A stretch of DNA of 55,005 nucleotides from Girardia tigrina (lineage: Eukaryota). Position 1 is the first letter of the stretch. Each line of letters starts with the position of its first letter. The DNA is taken from positions 8,338 to 63,342 of the forward strand of contig MQRK01244079.1 of assembly GCA_001938485.1 (NCBI GenBank), in the 5' to 3' direction. Below, piece by piece: positions 37,480-49,195 of the stretch. The notes beneath the pieces were generated by a model. That model did not search any database and was not told the origin of the DNA. It worked only from the letters and a program-made list of their open reading frames with translations. A program made the position numbers and the translations under genes.

Positions 37480-38184
37480 TGGAGATAAAATGTTCCTAGA
37501 AAACTATTTTACGGTTTTTGCACGGGCAAGTAATTACAAATATAAAGCCCCATCACAGCGTTCAGGAGAAAAATAGTGAATGGATCAAAGAATCCCGATA
37601 CCAACAGACATATAGATACGACTCAGAAGGCTGGCAAATGAGCCAATGTATCTATGAAATGACGTTCAACTTTTGAACCAGGAGACCATACGGTAGGTCC
37701 AAGAAAGGATACCAGGTCAATGCCACTGTATTGGCAAACAGTGGCAGCAACATACGTCTCTTAATGTTCATCAGCAGATCCGGTCCCGTACACACTAAGG
37801 TATGTTTAGGAAGTGTCAATCACCAGACATATCAAATAAATTCTTGAAGATGTCAATAAAACTCCAGATGGATAATTATATATTGATCCACGACAATGAT
37901 TCGATTCACAGAAATAAATTAACAGGATATACAAAAATCCTCCTTACTCTGCTTTCATAAACCCCACTGAGGTAGTTTTAGCGAAATTAAAAAGGCATTT
38001 GAGGAATAAATTGTCCAAAAATTCTCTTCTGGACATGACAATGGTGCAACGCACCTCAACATTAAAGAATATAATTGAGAATACCACGGCAAAAGAAGAT
38101 TACCATGATTTGACAAATTACAATCGTCATTGCAAGCGGTATTTGGTCAAATGTGTCACCAAACAGGATATTTTTGGCGATTAA
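37480..38184 (+). mobile_element. IS630/Tc1-superfamily transposase relic
   Basis: The broken translation reads ...TRRPYGRSKKG...SGSNIRLLMFISRSG...LIHDNDSIH...PPYSAFINPTEVVLAKLKRHL. Confidence 0.75.
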
Positions 38185-39221
38185 TTACCATTTTGCGTTT
38201 GTTATAATTAAATGTTTATGATATATTACATTTCTTTTGCATTATCTTTAAAAAATAATAAAAAAATAACACTATAATATTATTATAAATATTTTTTGTT
38301 AATATAAAATACTAATAAACGGAATATTCGACTCACTTAACATTATAAAACATCCATTGTTTCGGCCGATGATCAGGTTGTCCTGAAGACCGGTTGGTGA
38401 TAGCAGAGTAGTGCAATATACCATACGGAAGCTCTATATCAGTGTTAATATGCTTGGTTCATTGATATTTAAATTTCGTGGAGATCATCATTTTTTATTT
38501 AATATTCGTTTTTATAAGGCTTTTATTTTAAAATAAATTACAACACAAATCAAATAAAATTTCAAATAAAATTACGATACGGATCTTTTTTAATAATTCA
38601 AATACAAAATTCGTTTTCAAAAATAAACTTCAACATAAATTTTTTAATAAATTTCCAATTTAGGAAAATAATAAATCGAGCAATTTACAATACACTATCG
38701 TGAGATAATTCATTTCAATCGAGAAATAATTTGTAATCAAATAATTTGTTTTTTTATTTCAGACACTTTACAAAATCTAGTTTTAACACAATATCGTGAA
38801 ATAATAATTAAACTCAATCTAGAAATAAAACAACAATTTCGAGACTTTCCATAGAGAAGCCGAACTGTCACAAATTCAAAATTTCTGAAATTTTCATTGT
38901 CAGCCAAATACTCGTTCTGATTGACAAACAATCAGAACGAATATTTAAATTTTCTGGCCACTTAAAACGGCACACCTTCTTATTCAACACACACACACGA
39001 TTCGAAATGAACTACACTCTCTAACAATTGATCACTCGATAAAAATGTGTACGTTACTAAATGAGTCACGAGTTTAATTGTTTTAAAAGTTCTTTGTTCA
39101 TTCAATGAATAAAAATGCAAACAGTCAAATCAAATGTTAAATATATTTATTATTATTATTTTAGTTATTTAACTTTACTACTTTTATATTAAAATATTTT
39201 AAACCTTATACATATCAATTA

Positions 39222-40755
39222 GGGAGCGGGTCAAAATCCCGACAGGCCAAAATTCCAAATGAATCCCACAAACCCAAAAATAAAAAATGTTTATAGATAT
39301 CGTATAGCTTACAATATTAATTATTACCAGAAAAAAACATGACTATTTTCTCGATTAAGTAATAATTTTAAACTAAAATAATAACTTCAAAATTCAAAAA
39401 AACAAAAATATAAATACGAAATATGTCAATCAAAAATTTTATTTATTACTGTTGTTCTTTCTGAAATTCTGTAATTAACCTGTGAAATCCAACATGTGCT
39501 CGTCCAATAAGGCATCCCAATCTTCGATGCCAAGCTTCGACGACATTCTGAGTACGTCAAATGTCTTGTTTAGAATCATAAACCGTCCATACTGTTGGTG
39601 GAAATAAAGGTGATGCACGAAAAACTGTGCCATCACGCATATGTCTTCTAATTCTTCCATGTATATAATTATTTTGAAACCAATCCACGACATTCTTAGT
39701 TTGTTGTGGTAAATGTTGTTTCAAAATATCAAATGCTTTTGGTATCTCATTCGGAGGAAGAAACGCCAATGCACAAATATGTCTAAGCGGCAAACTAAAT
39801 TCTTCATCATTACCATACTGAGAAGCCAGTCCACTACCTTGGACTTTCCTCCAGAAACTGTCCCAGATGATAAAAACACTTTATTATGAGCTACATGAAA
39901 TTCGCATTTCAATACATTAATGGCAGAAAGTTCGAGATCCATCAAAATCACTTGTGGTTTTAGGTCAATGTCATTTTCCTGGGCAAAATCAATTAGATCT
40001 TGGAATAATCATTTGTAGTTATCTTCGCGCTTGCTTGTCCTTAAAGCATAAACTAATGGGAGAATTCGATCGTTAACGCCACCAAATGGGGCGTGAATTG
40101 TATAACTGAAAAAAAATATTAGGTACAGTTTTAATTTCGTAATTAAATGAACATTTAATTTTATAACTATTAATTAATAGTTATTAATTAACATAATTAT
40201 ATATTACTAAAGAATAATCGATAGTAGATTAAGAAATAAAATTAAAAATAAAGCCAAAGTAATGTACTTAATTAGTTACTAAATTTATGGAAATTTAAGA
40301 ATCTCACTAATATTTAATTCGCATCACAAGAAATATTACTACAATACTATTGTGATCAAGAAAAAGAAGAAGCTCATAGCAATCAAAAAGACAGTCAGAA
40401 GACTTCATAATAGCCTCTACCATTTGTTTATCTTATTCATCAACCAAACTAGAAATAATATCACTAAACAATAAATAAATAAATATTATTATACATCATT
40501 AATTAATTGGGATTCTAGACTGTTAAGATTCGTGAACCGTTTTTTTCCTACAGGCAAAAAACGGATTTTCGTCAAATGTTTGAAAAAACCGTTTTTTTGA
40601 CAAAAATGAGAAAACAGCAACTAAACGACAACAAATTTTAAACAGACTTTCAAAAAATTTTCAATCAAATACTCGATAAAATTTTGTCGGGATTTTTGGC
40701 TGTCGGGATTTTGGTCTGTCGGGATTTTGGCCTGTCGGGATTTCGGGGTAGACCC
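39222..40755 (-). mobile_element. MULE/Mutator DNA transposon, internally deleted, with TSD
   Basis: It has GGG...CCC termini with subterminal repeats AAAATCCCGACAG / CTGTCGGGATTTT, and an 8-bp duplication ATCAATTA (39214-39221, 40756-40763). Transposase fragments include IHAPFGG...LPLVYAL, ILMDLELSAIN, ALAFLPPNEI, WFQNNYI and PLFPPTVW. Confidence 0.9.
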
Positions 40756-43679
40756 ATCAATTATATAACAAAAAGGCAAATCACAGCAATAAAAAATTAA
40801 CAACGATTATCATTCAAAAGATTGTTCATTTAAATTGTTTGAATCTTTGCGGAATTCGGGATGGCAAAGACGAAATAAATTACAATATATAATATGTATA
40901 TTAATTTGAATTCCGAATGCAAAAGTCGTTCTTTGCTAGTTTGTAAATGTGAAACAAATAAAGAGTTTTAACTGTGTACAATAAAAAATTCAACTACAAA
41001 TAATCCTTGATTAAATTAATCAAACTTAGACGAGACTTCTACGGTTCGATTAACTTAATCAGTATAACTTTTATACTTGCAATTAAAATATAAGTGAGAA
41101 TAAATAACTCAAAAATTGTATATTATAACTCAGTAATATGAGAAAAAGACATAACCGTTACAACATCAAATAGTAGTTAACTGTCTGTATAATGTCCTGT
41201 TCAGTCAGTATTGTATAATTAATTCAGAAATTGGGAACTGAGAAATTTCGAGATAATTTGATAAATAATTCTTCAGTAAATCAGTTATTTTGTGTAGTCT
41301 GATAACAAAATAAAATATCCATGTAATATATATTTGTGATCGATATATATATATATATATTGACATTTCGAATTCTTAATATCGTCATTGGAGATATTGT
41401 GAAGTTGCTTGCCAAATTACCAAATTCAACTCAATGTCAAAATATAAAAATAATATGCTGTCACAAAAAAACAAAAAAAAATATGGTAACATCCAAAGGA
41501 AAGATAAAAAAAATATTACAAGGGCCAATAAATCCCTGCATACAAAAGAAATAAAAGGGCAAAATTAAAGTAGGACATTACACCGAACATACATTATTAT
41601 AACATGTTATTTTATTGCCAAAACGGCAGTATAAATAAAATTTTATCCTTACGAAAAGTGACTTTCTATTATTACAAACCGGCTTGACAAAAGACTTATG
41701 AAAAAAATTGTCATTGGTCACTGCCAACTGAATATTGGTACTTATCGTTTTGATACGATGATGACATTCGCAAAACCTTTTATAGTTTTGCATATTTAGC
41801 CTATCACAGCAATGATGAAAATCAATTATTCCATTTGAGTTTTGATAGACATGATAGCATTTCTCGTTTTTTTTAGTTTCCTTTAAAGAGTTTTTCCGTT
41901 CCCGAATTAATTTTAATTTTAATTCCGACTGTTTGTGATCATTCAAAGTGATCTTATTATTATAGATTATCGGTATTATTTCTACATTAGATTTCTCAAA
42001 TTTTTTTCTCAAAAACTCGCGTCATTCTTCAACCAAATTATGAATCATCGGAGATCCAAATAACTGAGACAAATTTGACGAAATAAGACCTAATAAATCA
42101 GTTTCAGCTTCAATTTGGAAATTATTAGTGTCAGTAATTGATATTTTTGAAGCCACGGGAGGATATTCCATCAGATAATCTAATCGATACTCTTGATTGA
42201 AAATCATTTCTAGAAATTTCAGAATTTAAGAGAATCCATAAACAAGGAGCTTGAATTTTTTTTGATATTTTTTAGACGCAGTAATTTGAATTCTTTGTCG
42301 AAAATATTACTCAAAGCTTTGATTTTATCACTGAGTAATTTTGTAATCCAAAGACATGATAACCAAATTCGAGCTTTAATGTGAAAATAATGAAATTTTA
42401 TTCAACATTAAATTTGTAACTAATTAATTCAAAACAATTTTGAATTCGCCAAAATTCATTTTAATACCCTTAATCCATTTAAACAAATCACACACTTGAA
42501 TTTTTTGGTTTGATAATAATTCAATATCAATAAAAATATTTAATAATTTTTATACATATTCGCGTATATATTTTGAAAATTTTTTTTTATAATTATTGTA
42601 ATAGTCTACTGACAACAATGCGTATTTTTTATTTTATCTCATGTAAACATTTCGTTGTTTTTGTATGAGTCTGACAACTTTTTGTTCTCATGTAATTCAT
42701 ATTTTTTCTGTGATATACTTTATGTTTTTTTTGGTGTTAATTCCTGTATCATATTTTTTATTTTAATTTTTACTCAAATTCGATTTTCAAGAAGAGATGG
42801 AAAAAAAGAAAAGAAAGTAATTGGGACAGTTGGCAGTCAAGAGCAGAGTATCTCAGAAATAAGAAGATAATTATGATAATTATATTATATCGTCATCCAG
42901 ATTATGAAAATTAAATTGCCATCAATATTATTGATCGGCGAATTTAAAATTCATAATTTACAAGGCAACAATAATTAATTATCAAATTACCAGTTTTATA
43001 ATCCAATTCTGACATTCTATCCAAACAATCAACGTCGCGTCCAACGTTATTTCCGCCCGAAATTCATTATTTTATATCAATAACTAGTGTGGTGAGTTTT
43101 TCCGGAGGACGTTATAAATAAAGTAACCTATATTTTAAAGACAAATATCTCTAAAGACATATTTCTTGTTCTGTGATATATTATCTTGTTTCTTTTTCTC
43201 TTTCTGTTAAAAAAATAGTTATACAAAGTAGTGTGTTTTGGTTGAAAAGTCGTTTTATAATTAACTTTTTTTGTCAAATTACTAAACTTATATAGCTGTG
43301 CCCTGGTTAAATCAGTTTAGTACATTCATATATTTACTATTTTATTTAGTGTCCCTACGTAAAAAAAAACTTATCTGTTAAAACTCCCCCTTTTTTCTTC
43401 CTCTGTTAGTGGACAAAGAGAGAGTTTTACAATATCTTTAATTTTCTTTATTTAATTACTGATTTAAATGAACTTTATTTTATTATTTAAATTTCATTTA
43501 ATGATTTTATTCATTCACTTATTTTAAATTTAATTAAAATTTCTTTTACTAATTTAATTTAATTTTACTTATTTTTATTTATTTAATATTTTAATTCAAA
43601 TGAGGTTCATGTAAAGGTCAGAGACAATCGCAACGCGAACAGTCCTAAGAAGCCTATCGGCTTAATATCAGAAAGAAGT

Positions 43680-43910
43680 AGCGAAGTTTATCACATATGA
43701 GAGACAAATCGTCCTCTCAAAACCAGAATTAGTGAGCATTCACAATCAAGTCGTCCAAGTAAGATCTTGATTATTTATTATATTGTAAAAATTGAATCTC
43801 TTCAGCTTCAAAGGATGAGTTTGCTAATTAACAGAAAGGTTTTGATTCACACTATGAGCGGCAGTTTTGTGAATCAAATATTAATAAAACACTGCAACCC
43901 ATTAATAGTC
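43680..43910 (+). mobile_element. Penelope-like GIY-YIG endonuclease remnant
   Basis: ETNRPLKTRISEHSQSSR...GFDSHYERQFCES parallels ETNRHLRTRIAEHTQLSR...NFDTYHER in ORF 48446-48790. Confidence 0.7.
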
Positions 43911-45645
43911 CATGCAAAGTGGACAAAGTAAAGCCGTTTCAAATCTTAAAATCTTTAAAGTTTAAAAAACATTTGTTATTATTATCCAATAATATCGTAA
44001 ATAAAATATCTGAAACATTTATTCCCTTTTAAAAAACCTTTTAAAAGTAACATTAAAACAGCAACTAACAAATAGTAAATATAATTGTTGATGTAAAAAT
44101 TTTCCATAACATTTTCAATAATCAATTACTTCATAAAACTTTAATAAAATTATTTTTTCAAACATATGAACATATAATTAAATCCAATAAGAATTTCGAC
44201 TAATATTCTTTATTCGATACAGATTCTCTTTTGGTCTTTATTTTTACAAAATTTGTTCCTTTAATGGACGATTTACCAGATGAAGTTCAAGAAAGAAAAA
44301 TGTCGTTAATTATTCGTAAAATAATAAAAATATAAATACACAAATAATAACCAATATTTCAAATCTCGGGATTCATTTACTTGGAAAAAAATTATCAAAA
44401 AAATATGGTGCTCACCGATTTTGATTTTTCGCCAAATTATTTTAATTATTGACAATTTTGATTCGATTAAACAAATTGTAATTAAATTAAATATTGAAAT
44501 TTATTATTTGTTTATTTATTTTAGGTGTCGAAAATAAAAGGAGGTTTAAAAGTCTAAAATGGTTTAAATAAAAATTGCATGTGTAATGTGTGGAAAGTTA
44601 TATGACTAACGGGTAAAATGAAACTAGTCGTATTCTAAATGCATTTAAGATACCTAAAATACGTTTTTTGCTGAATTTTATTTGTATATTCGAATCAATT
44701 GAAATGAGGCTTACATTCCGCGAATAATTCAACTCAAGTATTCCATTTCGTTTATATATTTAATGAAAAATAGAATTTTCAACTGAAAATTTAATTTTTG
44801 ATTAACAGAGGCAACGCCAAACAGTTTCTGTGAATCGAAATTTTTTCAAACTATATTTAAAAAAATTATTTCACTAAGTAAATTTTATTTTCATACTCAA
44901 TCAATTCTACAGGACATCGAGAATATATATGAATTTTTAATCTGCTTGTGAACAGGACATTGTTCAAATATCAATTATTATGTAATATAATTACGTTTGT
45001 TAAAAATGTATAAAAATAGTAATTTAAATATTTTTATAGAGGCCACTTAATGAAAGTGAGTGTACCAATAAAAGTAGTTTATTTAGTTTTAAACGCACAC
45101 GCTTGTAATATGAACATTAATTCAGAAATTATTACAGTCAAATGTATGATAACAAGGACCTAAATATGGTGTTACTAAAACTTCATAAACAATGACTCTC
45201 CTATTTTTAAATATAAAAGGATAAATTTACTTATAAATGCAATAATTTAATATGCAATAATATTTAGAAACATACTAGTGAAGTTTACTAATCGAAATTG
45301 ATTGTGTTCATATGATAGTGGAACTCAAAAAGGGCGATATTATATGGAAAGGGTAATACATTAAATACACACACAAACCAATTGAAATTCACAACCGCAA
45401 ACATACTAAATTTTATTACCTTTTAAAATGGCAAATGACGGTTAAAAAGAATGATTTTTAAATTAGAATTCAAAGATATTTCTGAAAATAACGATATATA
45501 ATTTTCACTCATGAATGATCCATATTCAAACACGAATATACAATCTGAAAGAACTCAAGTATAAAAAAGATAATTATTCAGACCTCTGACAATATAATTG
45601 TTGTAATAAAACTTTTTTTCATTCGCATATTGGTATACATTATAA

Positions 45646-46900
45646 ATAGGCGTCGACACGTTTCAGTAAAAATGGTAAACGTTTAAACGTAATCTGTTTA
45701 AAGAATTAAACCTTTAACCATCGTTTAACCGACAATTCTACAGATAAAATGAGTAATTTTAATGTATGAACAAAAAGTCGTATAGCTTAAGCAAACTTCA
45801 ACGGCTTTAACTAAATTATTTTTTTTAATTACCATGTATGGTTTACTCGATACAGTCGGTGAATGTCATGTGTTCAAACAATCTCAATTAAGTTTCCGAC
45901 TGAAAGAACGCATTTTTAAACCACGCATATACTTTAAAAATATCAGTTGTGAAACCATATTGTGGGAAATGGATGAGTAATCTTTTCATAATAGAGATGA
46001 TGCATGACTGAATGTCAATTCTGAGTGAACGCTGCTAGCCAGAATAGAATGTACCACTTCAACGATTCGTAACAGTAGATGCAAGGTATTTTCCTTTCGG
46101 ATCACCATTTGACAATGTCAGTTTCAATACTTTCAATAGGGAGCTTGTGATACTGGAGGAGTTCTCTTTTCAAAGAATGTTGGTTGATATTTTGATAATT
46201 ACTGTCTTGAGCTTGAATTCCCTTTTTCATCACGAAACTAAAGATAGGATTAGTTGATTTAATTAAATTGTCAATGGAAACATGTTGGAGTGAAGTTTTC
46301 ATTTCTTCATGTGCCATAGGAATTGCAGAGGACAGCAACTTTATATAATTTTATGCAAAACGCTTTCCAAATGCAATGTAAACTATTTTTTGTACGAGAA
46401 TTCAAGAGTGATGTTAAAAAAGTAGATCGTGGTTAAAAAAAGTCAAACTGTGTCGAAATATTTCTTTAAAAATATACTGATTTAAATCCTCAAATGTCTT
46501 GAGATCGCTTTTGTCTTCCCTAGCCACTAGAGAGTCTTTGAGAAGTCGACGAATAACAAAAACATGAGAGAGAGTTGGATATTTGGCACACTGAGGTCTT
46601 CTGAACACTGTTAAAAATTTTAAAGTTCTCTAACAATGAACTAATGAGCTGCCAGTCAAGATTATTCAAATTGTGGATCAAATAAGAAGCATTAAAATAA
46701 TTAGACAATTGTTCTTAGTTCAATGCATATAGAAGCTGTTGCTTATTGACCAGCATTGATTGACACATCTTGAATGTTAAGTTCCATCTCATCTTGACAT
46801 CGATACACAAGTTCATCTTGATAAATACTATTCAATTTGGACTCTTTATTTACCACCCTCCCAAATTTACCACCTTTTCTTTGCATGTCATATGAATATT
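45646..46900 (-). mobile_element. hAT transposon 3' part (dimerisation domain remnant)
   Basis: The translation reads LDWQLISSLLE...YPTLS...ELLQY...DIVKW...ILASSVHSELTFS...MVSQLIFLK. A TAGG terminus with (T)TAA(A/C)CG-type subterminal repeats lies at ~45646-45735. Confidence 0.75.
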
Positions 46901-47703
46901 ACGAATTATATTATGAACAATGTATTCGAGTGAGATATTAAAATGGAAATTAGACTTTTCTAAGGTTCGAAAAATATTAAACGTTTTTTTTGCCGGACAA
47001 AACACGAAAAAATCAAAAATATAATTGATTATTAAAAAAAATATTTTTTGGATTTTAAGTCTAGATTATTTGGATTTCTTCGTTTTTTGTACTCTTATTG
47101 TGAGGGATAATTGTGAATGTTGTAAGTTTGTTGTTTTTATGCTGTTTAGATTTGTGACTCTCCTACTCAGATGGGATTGATATGTTATTTTATTAATTAT
47201 TTGAATCTAATGAAATTNNNNNNNNNNNNNNNNNNNNNNNNNNNNNNNNNNNNNNNNNNNNNNNNNNNNNNNNNNNNNNNNNNNNNNNNNNNNNNNNNNN
47301 NNNNNNNNNNNNNNNNNNNNNNNNNNNNNNNNNNNNNNNNNNNNNNNNNNNNNNNNNNNNNNNNNNNNNNNNNNNNNNNNNNNNNNNNNNNNNNNNNNNN
47401 NNNNNNNNNNNNNNNNNNNNNNNNNNNNNNNNNNNNNNNNNNNNNNNNNNNNNNNNNNNNNNNNNNNNNNNNNNNNNNNNNNNNNNNNNNNNNNNNNNNN
47501 NNNNNNNNNNNNNNNNNNNNNNNNNNNNNNNNNNNNNNNNNNNNNNNNNNNNNNNNNNNNNNNNNNNNNNNNNNNNNNNNNNNNNNNNNNNNNNNNNNNN
47601 NNNNNNNNNNNNNNNNNNNNNNNNNNNNNNNNNNNNNNNNNNNNNNNNNNNNNATATATATATATATATATATATATATGACATTAAGATTTATTTGTAA
47701 AAA

Positions 47704-48978
47704 AATGAATAACAAACGCCATTTAAAAAGTTTTTATTTGTCAAAACCTGTTTAATCATGAATGGTACATGCAAGTTGATGGAGTGACAATGGGGTCTCC
47801 ATTAGCACCTTTAATGGCTTCAATATTTCTTCAAAGTTTCGAGAAAAAATACAATTTTGTTGAAGGAAACATGCCTTTATTTTACACTAGATATGTTGAT
47901 GATATCTTCTTGATTTTTGAAAATAAAAACCATATAGATAATTTTTTACAATTTAGGAATCAATTTCATCCAAATATGAGATTTACCAGCGAAATCGAAT
48001 CAGGGGACAAGATTTCATTTTTGGATGTATTAATTGAAAGAAAATCGAAGGGCTATGAAACTGAAGTATTTCAAAAGAGTACTGACACGGGTTTATACAA
48101 TAATCCTATGAGTTTCTGTGATCCCCAGTACAATAAACATATGGTGAAAGGATTAATTCACAGAATATGGAATTTATCTTCTACGTATTGTGGTGTGGAT
48201 AAGTGTATTGTTGATCTTAAAAGTAGGTTAGAAAATAATGGGTACAATGAAAATTATTTAAATAATTTGATAAAAAAACAATTGACTCTATTCGTGAAAA
48301 TCTAATAATAAAAATGAAAACATTATAAATAATGATATTGGTAATGTAATAAAAACAATAAATTTAAAATTACCATTTTCTGAAGGCTTGTCTGATTTGA
48401 TGAAAGGCCTAATGAAAAAAGGTTCCTTCGGGTTTTAATTAGCGGGTGATCTTTATAACTAATAAACTATCGAGATATTTCTCAAATAAATCAAAAACTC
48501 CATCGGGTATCCAAGCTAATCTAGTATATCAATTTAAATGTCACAAGTGTGAATCCTTGTACATTAGAGAAACAAATCGTCATCTCCGCACTAGAATAGC
48601 TGAACACACCCAATTGAGTAGGAATAACTCGATTCTAGATCACATTAAAAAATGCAGAAATAGAGATAAAGTTAACTATGAAACTGAATTTACAGTTTTG
48701 AAGAAAAATTTTGACACATATCATGAAAGGATATTTCACAGAGGCATTATTAATAAAGCATTTAAAACCATGCTTAAATGTTCAAAGTGAATTATCCAAT
48801 CATATTAAAATCTTTTAATATTAATTAAAAAAAAAGAAAAAAAAGATTGATTACGTAATAGTCAATGTGCCATATAAATGACTTGTAATTTGAAATTTAC
48901 TTCACAACTGATGATTCCGTAATGGCTAAGCATGTTTTGACAAATAAAAAACTTTTTAAATGGCGTTTGTTATTCATT
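47704..48978 (+). mobile_element. 5'-truncated Penelope-like retroelement (RT + GIY-YIG) with inverted terminal duplication, near (TA)n tracts
   Basis: RT motifs are QVDGVTMGSPLAP, YTRYVDDIF and ISFLDV. The endonuclease reads NLVYQFKCHKCESLYI(R)ETNRHLRTRIAEH. A ~45-bp inverted repeat (47704-47747 vs 48934-48978) is present, with TA microsatellites on both sides. Confidence 0.92.
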
Positions 48979-49195
48979 ATATATATATATATATTAATAT
49001 AATATAAACCTAATCATTGTGAGTATACTATCTAAATATCTTTTTCCTAGTTCTCAACGCAAACAACAGTTATAAAAACACTTATTCAGATATAGCATTA
49101 ATGCAATTAGTATAATATTATTAATTATTATAATAAAATAATTTATATATTTCAATCGATTAATTATTTATCGATACAATATAAAACCATATTTA

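Noticed and set aside
38355-38410. Overlapping hammerhead-like words (CUGAUCA...GAAAC on minus; CUGAAGA...GAUA on plus)
   Set aside because: Each lacks an invariant core nucleotide and has no convincing stems I and III.
40683-40745. Short regularly spaced repeats resembling a CRISPR or iteron array (also 53983-54082)
   Set aside because: There are no unique spacers or cas genes, and the repeats are explained as subterminal repeats of MULE-type TIRs.
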